Source: Eledone cirrhosa
Taxonomy: Eukaryota
Direction of reading: 5' to 3'
Length of the DNA stretch: 64,000 bases
NCBI GenBank assembly: GCA_964016885.1
Contig: OZ024743.1
Coordinates: 370,946,001 to 371,010,000 of the forward strand
In this document: piece by piece, positions 1 through 12,612 of the stretch
Numbering within the stretch: position 1 is the first letter of the stretch
Layout of the letters: every line of letters starts with the position of its first letter
Notes under the pieces: generated by a model
The model's input: the letters and a program-made list of their open reading frames with translations, nothing else
Database searches by the model: none
What the model was told of the DNA's origin: nothing
Program-made: the position numbers and the translations under genes

Positions 1-432
1 ATCATAGCTATTATTAGCTTTCTATTTAGGATAAACATCACAACTAGAGGTTCACTATTCTGTTATTTTATTTTCTGTCTCTTCTTTCATCCTTCTATCC
101 GTGCTGTTTGTTTTATCACACATATCATACCAGCAGAAAGAATTATTTTTCTGTTGCATGAGGGTGAAGATGTGTGTGTGTGTGTGTGTGTGTATGAACT
201 TGTCTTGTAAATCGCCTTTCTTTATTTTCTTCTTCTGGCTACTTCTGTGCACCAACACACATCTTCTTGTCCTCCTCTTTCAATCTTTTCCATATTTTGT
301 CTGCCTGTCACCCACCTTGTAGTGGCCGCTGGTCTCTGTCCTCTGAGGTAATTTTGCTCATCACTGTCTTTGACAACATTTGGCTGTTTTAATGACTGTT
401 CTAGCAATGAGTTTTCTCATTTATATATACAT

Positions 433-3400
433 ATCATCATCATTTTACGTCCGCTTTTCCCTGCTTGCAAGGGTGGGACGGTTCTTATTCAGCACAGCAT
501 CTCTCCACTTGTCACTCCTTCGTCATCTCCACCGTGAGCTTCAGTGATCTGAGGTCTGTTCTCACCACCTCCGCCCATGTTTTTCCTGGTCTACCTCTAC
601 CACGTCTTCCTTCAACTGGCATTTCCTGGCACTTCTTCACCCATCGGTCATCCTCCATGTACATCACATGTCCATACCACCTCAGTCTCCTCTCTCGCAC
701 ACTGCATTCTATCCCTCTCAGACACAGTTTCTCTCTCAACACATCCATGCTGGGTCGTTCACGCACATTGACACTGCACATCCAATGGAGCATGCTTGCC
801 TCATTTCTCTCCAGCCGTCGCATATCCTCTGCAGTTGCTGCCCATGGCTCACTACCATGCAGCATCGCGCTCCTCACTCATGTAACCGGCCTTTCGTACG
901 CAGGGAAAAACCCTTCTTTGTCAGCAGTGGAAGCAGCGCCCTAAACTTCTTCCAACCCATCCTTATTCTAGATACTATGGCCTCGGAACACCCCTCTCCC
1001 ATGCTAATCTGATCTCCTAGGTACCGGAAGCTATCCACCACTTCTATAGCACCCGCCTGCATTTGAAAAATGTGTCTATCAATGCGACTTCTACTGTCTA
1101 ATTTCCCTGTACATCTACTGCATACGTATTTCTCCCTACCTGTTAGTTTGCCTGCTATCCCACTACATCTCTTGTGTACCCAGGATCTGCATTGTTTGCA
1201 TTTTATAGAATTTATGCCAGTTCCTTTTCTGCATATCGAATATGGCCATTTCCGGACGGAATCAGAGTTTTGTCCTTTTTTCTACTCATCAACACTTTTG
1301 TCTTAACTAGGTTCACTCTCAGTCCTCTTGCTTCCAACTGCTGTTTCCATAGTCAGAATTTATTCTCTTGCTCTTCTACTGATTCTGCTATAAGAACCAG
1401 ATCGTCAGCATAGAGAAGTTCCCATGACCAGCCAGTCTTAAACTCCTCTGTTATGGCTTGGAGGACTATAATGAACAAGAGTGGGCTGAGGACCAAACCT
1501 TGATGTACTCCTACTTGAATCTAGAATTCCACACTAAACTCCTACCCTGACTTTACTGACAGCACCTCTGTACAAAGCTTGCACAGCCATTCCACACAAG
1601 CCATTCCTCAACACCTAGTTTCCTTAGGGACCACCAGATGACAGATTGGGGTACCCTATCAATGGCCTTCTCTAGGTCAACAAAGGCTAAGTATAGTGGC
1701 TTATTTTTCTCTAAGAACCTCTCTTGTAATTGTCTCACCAAGAAGAGGGCATCTGTTGTACTTTTCCCAGGCACAAAACCAAACTGCATCTCATGTAGTT
1801 TGACCCTTTCTCTAATTAGTTGTGGTAATATCCTTTCTGCCACTTTCATAACCTGATCCATCAGTTTTATACCCCTATAATTGCTCCTCTCCAGAGCATC
1901 CCCTTTACCTTTGTAGCAATTTATGAGAATACTGCTGCACCAGTCTTTGGGTATGACACCACCATATATAGCCTGATTGATGATACGTGCAACCAGTTTA
2001 GTGCCTACGTCTCCTGATGCCTTCAGCATCTCAGCAACTATCCCCGACGGTCCAGCAGCCTTAGCATTTTTTATTTCCTTAATTGCCTCTGGACCCTACA
2101 TTCGTCAATCTCAATAGCTGGTCCCTCTGTCTGATCTACTAAAGGTAATTTCTCTCTCTCCCATTCGTTCTCCACATTCATCAGTCTCTCATAATGACAG
2201 GCCTCCTTTTTCTGATCATTCGTGACACTAAGTACACCGGCATCATTATCTCCAACAATATCCTGATTTGCATTGACACACTGCCTTGCAATGTGGAACA
2301 CCGCACGCCTCTGATCTTCCCATCGCAGAACATTGGTAAACCTCCTACTCTCAGCCTCCCTGCATGCTAAGTACACCTGATGTCTAGCTTCTCTCTTAGC
2401 GGCTGTATATCCTTCTCTATTCCCACCCTTTTTCCAAGCCTTCCATGATAGTCTTTTGTCTCTAATGGCCCTATCTACTGTGCTGTTCCACCACCAGGTC
2501 ACTCTCAGTCTGGTTGGAGCTCTGCTCCAGCCACAAGTTTCATCATTAGCCTGCAGTAAATTGTCACGTAAGAAATTCCAGTTATTATCTATGTCATACG
2601 ACTCTAAATCGTCTTCTTTTTCGTCATACACATCTTGAAGGGCTTTCCTAAATTTGTATTTTAGTGAAAGGTCTTTTAGCTTCCAGACCTTTCTTCTCCA
2701 CACCTTCCTGTATGTCTCATTCCATCTCATACTTACTGAGATATCACTAACGACTAACTTATGCTGTGGGGTAGATTGTTCCCCAGGGTATGCCTTGGTA
2801 TTTGACACCATCTGCCTGTCCCGTTGCCTAACTAGTAAGAAGTCAATCAGTTGCCTAACTAGTAAGAAGTCAATCTGGCTTATGTGCTCGCCTGATTTGT
2901 AGGTTATTAGGTGGTTGGCAGGTTTCTGAAAGTTAGTGTTGCAAATAGTCAGTGTACTTGCATCACAAAATTCAAGAAGTCTCACTCCTTCTTCATTTGT
3001 TGAGCCGTAACCGTGCCCACCATGTACCCCAGTGTAACCATCCTGGAGCTGTCCAACATGACCTTTGAAGTCCCCTGCTAGCATAACGATGTGTCCATCC
3101 TCTGTCATTGCTGCTGTTTGTAAAAGTTGCTCGTAAAAGCAGTCTTTCTCTTCTTTGCCTAGGCCTGCTTGGGGAGCATAGGCAGAGATGATTGTCAGTA
3201 GTCTCCTGCCTACAACTAATCTAAGCTTAATTATTCGATTATTAACTTGAACTACCTCTATTGTTTTATTGATCCATCTCTCAACCAGGAAAATGCCTAC
3301 TCCCGCTAAGCCATCATCCTTGCCTACCCAGAAAAGCTTATAGCTAAGATGTTTGCCTGCGACTAGTCTTGCAGCGGCACCTCTCCATCTCACCTCTTGC

Positions 3401-3700
3401 ACGCAGCACACATCCAGATGCCTTCTCTCCAGCATCTCCACTATTTCACCAGATCTACCTGTGAGAGGGCCAACATTAAGTGTTGCAACTCAGAGATGCG
3501 ACGTCTTCATATTTTTGTTGTTCCTATATATTTGTTGCTGTGCTCATAATTGTTTTGGCATTGATACACTGGTTGGATGCCCTTTCTAACACCTGTGCCA
3601 CTTTACAGCATGGACTGGGTGCTTTTATTCGTGCTACCAGCACTATAGAGGATGTCTGACTGGACTCATGAGCCCTCTCTACCCCTCCATTTTACAGCAT
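433..3700 (-). mobile_element. Near full-length RTE-clade LINE (subfamily A), frameshifted: 5' UTR, APE endonuclease, RT with PHD insert, short 3' UTR, (GAT)n tail
   Basis: ORF 2071..3441 has APE motifs (VQEVRW, SAYAPQ, GDFKGH, IDFLL, HKLV). ORF 1553..2029 has NYRGIKL, QFGF, FVDLEKA. YADD is at about 1400-1413 and the C-terminus RRLRWYGHV..GRPGKTW is in ORF 512..877. Likely ATG at 3510 is followed by a CGA>TGA stop. Confidence 0.95.
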
Positions 3701-4255
3701 GGTCATATCAAAAAAAAAACACCACTTATTGACACTCATGGCACACACACACACCAACACTCATGCATACAAACACACACGCCACTCACACACCAACACT
3801 CATGCATACAAACACACACACGCCACTCACACACACACACATACATATATTACCGTCAGTACTGATACAAGATCATGTCAACTTGACTTTTACAGGTCAG
3901 TTTTTATATAATAATAATAATTGTTTGCTTTACAGCATAGAGCAACGGCCCTCTACGCTCCGGGCCCAAACCAAGGCACCAGCAATGCGCTGGGACAATT
4001 GCTGCCCCGTGCCAAGAACAGAAAAGTCAATTAGTATTATAGTTGTTTTCTTCTTCTTAAGGCCTGATCGCTGGTGATGGTAATGGTGGTGGTGGTGGTT
4101 AGTGATGGTGATGGTGGTGGATGGTGTTAGTGATGGCAGCTGTTGTTGTTGTTTATTTCACTGATGCTGCTGCTGCTGCAGACAATGGTGTTGTTGCTGT
4201 TGCTGCTGCTGTTGTAGTCACTGGGTTAAAATTTTGAAATTTGTTCGCTTCGCGC

Positions 4256-5700
4256 GATGGGTACAAAAGTTGCTCCAACTTAGGTCAATTTAGTCATGGC
4301 ATACTTGGAATTCCAGATATATGAACAGTCCAAATCAAAATACGGATTGAACTTCCACAAATATTTATCAGAGAATTGGAAACACTACTTGGATGATTGT
4401 CTCATTCTTTGGTCTCACACACTCGACCAACTAAATAATTTCAAAAATTTAATTAACGGCATCAATAACCACATCCAATTCCCAATGGAATACAGCCAAG
4501 ATCAACTCCCATTTCTGGACATCTTAATCATACAAAAGACACAAATATTGAAACTGACACACACTACAAACCAACAGATTCCAAACAATACCTGCTATTC
4601 ACCTCCAACCATCCAAAGCACAAGAAGACGAACATCCCTTTTAACCTAGCAAGAAGAATTTGCACAATTGTCTCCAATTATGAAACGCGAAATAAAAGAC
4701 TTCAAGAATTAAAGGAAATTCTAATCGAAAGACAGTACTAACCATTACTAATAAATAATGGAATAGAAAGGGCTAAAGCAATAGGCATTGATGAATTACG
4801 AAAACAGAAACAAATTCAAGGTACGTCCAATATTCTATCATATATCTCAACACACAACCCAAGAAATGCGGAAGCTTACAACATTATTCATAAGAACATC
4901 CCACTATTGAAACAAGACCCAAGAATGAAAAAAGCCCTTGAAACACACAAAGTAATCAAAAGCAAAAGACAACCGAAATCACTAAAAACATTACTCACCA
5001 ATGCCAAATTACCTACCACAAACCCACAACCAACTGTCAAAGAATGTGGTCGTTCTAATTGTGGAACCCGCACTCACCTCCTTGAAGCAAGACGTATACA
5101 TTTCAATCAGGACAAAATTACATTTGCTGTAAAAAATAACTTCACTTGCTCATCAAAAAATCTAGTTTATGCCATTAAATGTAAAGGATGCAATGAAGAT
5201 TATATAGGACAAACTAAACTCACACTCAGAAACAGAATGACAATTCATCGGCAACAATTACGAGACCCTACCACAAGAACAGATACCACTCAGTGCACAT
5301 CTAGCCATATGTGCAAGTAATAAGAAATCCAAATTCCAAGTCTTCCCATTTTATCTTTGCGCTGACAATACAACAGAACAAATACGAATAAGGAAAATAT
5401 GTTTATTCAAAAATATAGACCAGTATTAAATATAGTTTAATATACATTATGTCAACATCATAACATACTAACCATCCAAACAGACACATAACACCTATTT
5501 TCGAAAATAAAAACCAGAGCTAAATAAACCTTAATATCCCTTAATACTCTAACACCTTAACATGCTAACCACACTCCCCACACACACATAACTCCCTCCC
5601 CCATTTCTACTAACGGAATCATTTTCCTACACACACGCACAAAAAATATATATATTCTCTCCATCTTAACATGCTAACCATACTCCCACACACACACATA
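4256..5700 (+). mobile_element. 5'-truncated Penelope-like element (Neptune-like), RT plus C-terminal GIY-YIG endonuclease, frameshifted, with A/C-rich 3' region
   Basis: MGTKVAPT, YLDDCLILW and QLPFLDILI (RT). CGRSNC..CSSKNLVYAIKCKGC..YIGQT..RM..H (GIY-YIG) in ORF 4907..5320. Confidence 0.9.
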
Positions 5701-5717
5701 TATAACATCCATACACA

Positions 5718-5968
5718 GTCCGAAATAAATGAGGTCGTGTAGTTGTCACAACAAAAAAACACACACAGTCCACGCTGTAATGTGGCCGTGTAGGTAACAC
5801 GGTAAAAACCTCCCAGTCCACACTGTAAATGTGGTTGGTGTTAGGAAGAACATCCAGCTGTAGAAAACCTGCCAGACACGGTCACCCGACCAATCTTGCC
5901 TCAAGTGGGACAATTCTCGTCTAAACCCATAGCGTGGAAGATAGACTTTAAACGATGATGATGATGAT
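5718..5968 (+). mobile_element. RTE subfamily C 3' UTR and tail
   Basis: Matches 58150..58411, including GGTGTTAGGAAG..CATCCAGCTGTAGAAA, the terminal stem-loop and the (GAT)n tail. Confidence 0.85.
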
Positions 5969-6005
5969 GACATATATACACATCACACACAAACACATAT
6001 ATATA

Positions 6006-6405
6006 CTAGCTGGCCCCATGTCGTCAAACATGACAGCTAATTGTAATATCTATACATAATATAAAAAAAGAGATGTTTGTTGGTTGGTTCCTTCGCGCTC
6101 ACTCACACAAGTGATATAGCATACAAACACACAACTGTGATGAATCTTAGAACGCTGGAGTTTCTCACCCTACTCCTTCTCAGTCAATGTAATCAGACCT
6201 TCTTCCCTCAGTTGACATAATCACACCTTTCTTCCTCATTCGACGTTATCACCCCTTTCTTCCTCAGTCGACTTTATCACCCCTTTCTTCCTCAATCGAC
6301 GTTATCACCCCTTCTTTCTTCAACCTCTCTAGTGTGTGACAGACAAATACATAAGGCGATTATATAAATATATATATATACATATATAATAATAAACAAA
6401 AGATA
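6006..6405 (-). mobile_element. Probable non-autonomous Helitron with internal ~30-bp tandem repeats
   Basis: CTAG at 6006-6009 next to a hairpin (tgtcgtcaaacatgaca). Repeats of cgacgttatcacccctttcttcctca at about 6180-6320. The 5' end is lost in (TA)n. Confidence 0.5.
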
Positions 6406-6438
6406 TATACTTTATATCATCTCTATTTTATCTATATA

Positions 6439-6713
6439 TCTATATATCTAAAACAGAGAATGTCTGTCTATCTGACTCCCTAAAACCACCCAACCGATTA
6501 TTTTCAAACTTTACACATGTAAGACTTATGGTGATGTGAGTGTTTTGAGCAAAAAAAATTTCAAATTTTAAATGCCCTAGGGACTGCATTAGGCGATTTG
6601 GCGATCTCTCTCTATAATTCTTAGTCTTTCTTTTTAGATAGATACATAGATATAACGTTGCGCCCTTATAATATCTGTCTGTATGTCTGGCTGTCTGCAT
6701 TACATTATGACGC

Positions 6714-6758
<45 letters not shown>

Positions 6759-7078
6759 TGTATATATATACATATATATATATATATATAGTGTTTAACG
6801 TTTTTCGAAATATTTACTTCTGCATTCACAGATTGATTTTTTTAGTTTCAGAAGATCCAGTTAAGGGTGAAAGCAGCGATTCTCTGCTTAAACTTTAATC
6901 TGTTATTTTAATATATATATATATATAATTATATATTCGTGTACAGATATTTTTGCATACACAATAACAAAATATAAACAAACGTATTTATTTTACGAGG
7001 CTCGATAAGGATAAATATATATCAAATATATAAGAACCCTTAGAGCAAATCCCGAGCAATGCCGGGCCATTCTGCTAG
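6439..7078 (+). mobile_element. Non-autonomous Helitron
   Basis: 5' TC start (tctatatatctaaaacag), subterminal hairpin cccgagcaatgccggg at 7051-7066, 3' CTAG at 7075-7078 followed by T. Confidence 0.75.
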
Positions 7079-8040
7079 TTATATATATTTCAAAGATGTA
7101 AGGTTTTATGTATAACATAGAGCAAAACATGTCCTCTTCAAACAAAATACATAGGTGATGTATAATCATTTCATGATATGCTGGTAGACAAACGAGCTGG
7201 ACAGATGAGTGACCTCCAGGCATATGACTAGAAAAATCTCAACACATAAGGGGGTTACGTGAATGGGAGAAAACATTACAGTTGGTTTAAATGTTTCATA
7301 AATTATTTAAAATATAGCGTAATTAGATTGGTAAAAAAACAAAACAAAAATTGACTGTTATTCAGTCTCTATGTTGCTTATAATCAATTAAAATAGGTAT
7401 TAAATCAAAAGTATATATTATATCAAAGGAAAAAATATTCTAGGAAACAGAAGTAGTATTATGAAAATATAATAATAAATGGGGAAAGAATTTGGATTAT
7501 AGAATTTGTAGGTAAGTTATCTTTGTTTATGTATAATTAGATACTGAAATTATAGAGGAGAAAAGTATTTAATAATTGTTATGGTTCTTTTTTTTTAAAT
7601 AAGTTGAGTGTGTTGTAATGTTATGTGATAAATTATTTATTTTAAAAGAAGGGAGGTAATTATCTGTTACAAATTATCAATTCAACAATCTTATTTAAGT
7701 AGTTGATATATGTATAAACTTTGTGTAACTATTTAGAAAGAAAAAATGTATGCATTACAGCCAAATTTATCAATTTATATTAAATTTAATTTATTTAGAT
7801 TTATTTAAATCTAAATTTAAAGTAGATGAAAAATTGTAATGGAGGAAGATTATAACAGAGAAAAAATAACGAAAAATAACGGAGGAAAAATGTATATATA
7901 TATATACTAGACCACACATGAGCCATGTTCACTTGAAAACATTTTTTTTTAAATCATGTTCACTTAAAAATAATTTTTAAATAATTAAAATATAATATAA
8001 AATAAAATTGGAAGGCCCATATATATATATATATATATAT

Positions 8041-9290
8041 CATCATCATCATCATCATCATCGTTTAACGCTTGCATGGGTTTGGACGGGAGTTTTCCCA
8101 CTTGAGGCAAGATTGGTTGTCCTGCTCGTATAGGACTGTCTGGCGGGTTTTCTACGGCTGGATGCCCTTCCTAACACCAACCATGTTTACAGTGTGGACT
8201 GGGAGCTTTTTACCGTGCTACCAACACGGCCACATGACAGCATGGAGTGTGTGTTTTTTTTGTCGTGACACCTACACGTCTGGCGGGTTTTCTACGGCTG
8301 GGTGCCCTTCCTAACACCAACCACGTTTACAGTGTGGACTGGGAGGTTTTTACCATGTTACCTACAAGGCCACATTACAGCGTGGCTGTGTGTTTTTTTG
8401 TCGTGATACCTTCACGACCTCATTTGTTTCGGACTGGATGTTGTGGTACCAACATAACTTCACATTTAAGGGGGTGGTGAGGATGGGGTGGGACGGGGGT
8501 GTATTTTTGTTAGAGGTGCCTGCTGACTGTAGGTTTCGCTTTGTACTTAGGCAAGGCGGGTCTTCTGTATTACTGTGTAGCGCCAAAGATCTCGGTCCAG
8601 TGACATTGTCTTGGAGAGGTGTGTGTGAGGTCGGAATTTATCAAGTCGTCCCAGGTTTTTCTGGGTCGGCCTACTCCGTGGCTAGCGTCTATTTTTATCG
8701 CCCTGCACTTTTTTATACAGCTGTCGTCTTTCATGCTCATCACGTGACCGTACCAACGTAGTCTTCTTCTCTCGAGTAAACAACATCTGATCTCTCTTAT
8801 TCCTAATTTCTCCCTTAGTTCGTTTATGCTTTGCCGTTCACGTATATTACTATTACACATCCAGCGGAGCATGCAAGCTTCGTTGCTCTCCAGTCTGCGT
8901 ATATCCTCTGCACACAATGCCCAAGTCTCATTGCCATGTAACATTGCTGTTCGTATGCAGGCATCATACAGCCTGCCTTTCATTTTTAGAGAGAACCCTT
9001 TAGCGGCCAATAGTGGTATAAGCTCTCTGAACTTTTTCCATCCCGTTCTGACTCTAGCTACTGTACTTTCAGAGCACCCTCCCCCACTGCTGATTTTGTC
9101 ACCCAGGTAACGGAAGGTGTCCACTATTTCTATAGAACCATCTGTGCAATGGAATGACCTAGTATTCTGTGGGCACTTGCTACTACTTATTGCACCAGAG
9201 CGCCGGTGCAATAAGTAGTTAGCTTACCTGTGATCCCACTACATCTTTTATGCACCCATACTTTGCATTTGGGACATAAAATGGAGTTTC

Positions 9291-9293
<3 letters not shown>
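8041..9293 (-). mobile_element. 5'-truncated RTE subfamily C
   Basis: ORF 8570..9211 is the RT C-terminus. 3' UTR has a 140-bp duplication and a (CAT)n tail. The 5' end abuts (TA)n. Confidence 0.93.
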
Positions 9294-9329
<36 letters not shown>

Positions 9330-11940
9330 GTGTGAAAGTAAGAAATTGGAGAATAGACCGTTAAAACATGTTTATTTAAAACAGCACCTACGTACGTTTC
9401 GCCCAGTTGAGCTTCTCAAGGGCATAAATAATCGAAAGTGTTCCTTACATTGCTCGGAAAGAGTTTTGGGGGTTAAATCCACGTCAAGGTTCATTGCTCG
9501 CAAAAATACCTTGTTTTGATTTTGCAGCAGGTCAAGGGAGGTAACTCTGGATGGTGTTAGGGCAGTCTTTCCCGGACAAATTTTTTTATCCGCTACGAGA
9601 TAAGGTTACAACCTTACCATTGTCGATACGCATGTAATCAATGCTTATTCTGAGAGTTTTTTTTGCCGCATCTGTTTGTCTGAGTCGTTTGAGGTTGGGT
9701 ATGCAAGGATAGTTTCCTGGGTGTTATTTTGCAGCGCCTGCCTGCCGGGGTGTTAAGACTTGTTGCAGGGAGATCCGGTGCACAGTTTCACTCCTCATCC
9801 TTAACCCATCTGAAGAAGGATATTTTTAAGCGAGATGTGTACAACTCATCGCTGTTTCAGCTCTGCTGTTGATGAGCTTGTGGGGTGCAGTTATGATGTG
9901 GTAGAGCTCCATGAGGCAAAGATTGCATTTCCTCTTGAAGTTGCACGGTGCAGCCCTGCCGACAATATATCAGAGCGTGGAGAAGCTGATGTTTAAGTCC
10001 TTTAGTGATGTGATGTAGTCCGCGAGCGAAGTGGAGTGTCTTAGTTTTTTATTTGTGAAAGAGTGGAGATGTGTTCGAAACCTAATTTGGAACGGGCCGG
10101 AGGTAGCCCCTATATAATGTTTAACGCTATTGTGGCTAGTTATAGTGCATCTATATATAACCCTATCAGTCAAGCAGTATCCTCTAAGGGGGCAGCATCC
10201 TCTATCGCGGCAGTTGCAATTTCTGTCGCGGTTCCGTCTATTTCCCACGGTAAGGCTATCATTGTTGCTGCCTACGTTGTTACCTACGCTACCGCAGCTG
10301 TCGTTAGCACAATTACAACCCACAGCACGCGGGATGGTGTGATTGTTATTCCGCACGTCATGTCCTGCATGTTCCCCAGTCATTTTGTTATGCTGGTTGC
10401 GTCTGCGGATGCCGTTGCCAACACTATTGGATGTTGCCAGGGAGTTGTTAAGGCCGATATAGTTATTGTCAGGTGTAGGTGCGTCTGTGTCGAGGTGCTG
10501 TGTCTTGGTGATCTTACTGTGGTTCGTTGCTCCTATGATGTCTGCTAGGTTAGGAGTAGTAGAGAAAGATATTTTTATATTGTTCCTATTAAGAATTTTT
10601 CTATACGTATGGTTGGGCGGGAAGTTCTTCTCTAAGGCTTCGAAGAGCATCCGGGGTATGTTGGAGGCCACACTCCGAGAGTAGGAGGGTGGAACCATAG
10701 GACGTTACGGTGGCGATTATGTGTCCTTGTACGTTTGCTACGGGTGGTTCCATCTAGGTGACCGCTCTTATGTGTGTTAATGCGCAGTCGCCCGTTCGGT
10801 GCCCCTTTCACTTTATGCTCGGGTGCACTCCTACCTCTTCCATGTTTATGTACAGGAAGATGTTGGTTGGAAGGCGTTGGTAGTAGGTCGTCGGTTTTGT
10901 AATAGGGAAATAGTTCGAGTAATCTACAGTCGTCACCGTCACCGGGGTCGTGATCTTTAGTGCGGTTATCTATTCTATTATATCCGACTTCAACGAGGTC
11001 GCCGCGTGATCGGTTATAGGTATGGCTTACTATAACGTTCGTTTTATGAGGGGGGGGGGGTTCTAGAGCTAGCGTTAGGGATGTAGGAAATTCCTCGGTT
11101 AAAGCCGGCGCTTATCAAGGCCCTATTGTAGTAATCTGCCGCTTGGTTGAAGATATCCTCATTGGCGGATAGTCTCGAGATTCTATGTGAGATACTATAG
11201 ACTATGGAGTTGAGAGTCTGCTTAGGGTGGTTGGAGGCATAATTAATATAAGAGAGGCATTCTCCAGGCTTATGGTATGGCTTGTATGAGCCCGTACTCA
11301 ACTCCAGGGTCACGTCCAGGAAGTTGACAACCTTGTGGTTGAGGTCCATAGTTATGGATAGGCCGTATGACTTGAAGAACCTGTGTATATGTTTGTTAAG
11401 GTTCTCTATCCTACGGGGGCTATGGTTCCTAACGGTAAACAGGGCGTCATCCCTATATACACCTCCTTGTAGGGCCGGTATCTCTTCCCTAAGCTTATGT
11501 AGGAGGTATATCCCAACCAGGTCAGTTGCATGCGGTGAGTCACTGGACCCCATCAAGACATCGAAGTTATCAGGACGGTTGGTTCTGGTCCAGTGGGAGC
11601 CTTCGAACTCTATAATGGTTCTACGCGCCGCTAGAACTATGTCTATTTCTTTTTTAGTGAGGCTAGTGTTAGATTTAGCTAAGATAAGTGCCTTATTTAA
11701 GAGTATGGGGGAGATAAAGGCGTAGTAACCATCTATGTCAAACTGGATGAACTCCAGGGTGGCTTTATCCGGCAACTCGGTGAACCAATTTATGACCTGG
11801 TCGGTGTTGCCCCAGAAGCAGACCTTAGCCTTTCTATTAAGCTCCAGTAGTACTCTGTCGAGGATCACTTTACTAATCTTACCTATATCTGATGTAGAGG
11901 GGCATATTAGTCTAATAGAGGGGCTTTCATTAAAGACATA
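9330..11940 (-). mobile_element. 5'-truncated Penelope-like element with C-terminal GIY-YIG and CxCx5C motif (resembles the Hydra PLE clade), with 3' pseudo-LTR
   Basis: ORF 11044..11985: FIQFDIDGYY, MGS, YRDDALF, VNFLDVTL, SNHP. ORF 9970..10698: CNCRDRGCCPL..VIYRC..HYIGAT..RFRTH. The C-terminal CNLCL..E..CTH continues to about 9826. A hammerhead and AATAAA lie near the end. Confidence 0.92.
9384..9423 (-). ncRNA. Minimal type I hammerhead ribozyme (U3:A8 core variant)
   Basis: Minus strand reads GCCC-UUGAGAA-GCUC(AACU)GGGC-GAAA-C(GUAC)G-UA-GGUGC, located in the PLE 3' terminus just before AATAAA. Confidence 0.7.
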
Positions 11941-11959
11941 TAGTAGTAGTAGTAGTAAT

Positions 11960-12566
11960 ATCATCATCATCATCATCATCATCAACGTTTAACGTCCGTG
12001 TTCCACGCTTGCATGGGTTTGGACGGGGGTAGTCCCACTTGAGGCAAGAGTGATTGTCTTGCTCGCATAGGACTGTCTGGCAGGTTTTCTACAGTTGGAT
12101 GCCCTTCCTAACACCAACCACATTTACAGTGTGGGTCTGGGAGGTTTTTACCGTGTTGCCTACACGGCCACATTACAGCGTGGACTGTGTGTTTTTTTGT
12201 CGTGACACCTACACGATCTCATTTGTTTCGGCCCGGATGGCGCGGCACCAACATAACTTTACGTAGGACGGGGTGGTGTGGATGGGGTGGGGGTGGTGGT
12301 GGTGGGACGGGGTGTATTTTGTTAGAGATGCCTACTGGCAAGGCGGGTCTTCTCTGTTACTGAGTACCGCCAAAGGTCTCGGTCCAGTGACATTGTCTTG
12401 GAGAGGTGTAAGTGTGTGAGGTCGGAGTTTATCAGCTCGTCCCAGGTTTTTCTAGGTCTGCCTATTCCGTGGCTACCGTCTATCTTTATTGCCCTGCACT
12501 TTGTTATACAGCTATCGACTTTCATGCGCATCACGTGTCCATACCAACGTAGCCTTCTCTCGAGTA

Positions 12567-12572
<6 letters not shown>
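11960..12572 (-). mobile_element. 5'-truncated RTE subfamily C
   Basis: ERRLRWYGHV..GRPRKTW, subfamily C 3' UTR, (CAT)n tail. The 5' end abuts (TA)n. Confidence 0.92.

Positions 12573-12610
<38 letters not shown>

Positions 12611-12612
<2 letters not shown>

Noticed and set aside
222-407. Short unique-looking ORF (also 52621..52818)
   Set aside because: No recognisable domain. More likely decayed LINE C-termini, which I cannot confirm.
465-944. Antisense ORFs over RTE copies (also 35930..37045, 45001..45726, 57459..57782)
   Set aside because: These are shadow frames of the RT coding strand with no independent motifs.
3540-3710. HDV-like ribozyme expected in some RTE 5' UTRs
   Set aside because: I could not build the P1/P1.1/P2/P3 double pseudoknot by eye. 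The tcctcgt loops near 63375 and 63725 also lack P1.1.
4070-4220. Gln/His/Thr-like trinucleotide tract as a coding exon
   Set aside because: Stops and no clear splice context. It is simple-sequence low complexity.
9970-9972. In-frame TGA in the PLE endonuclease as possible selenocysteine
   Set aside because: It falls where a Trp is expected (TGG>TGA), is a single instance, and no SECIS was recognised.
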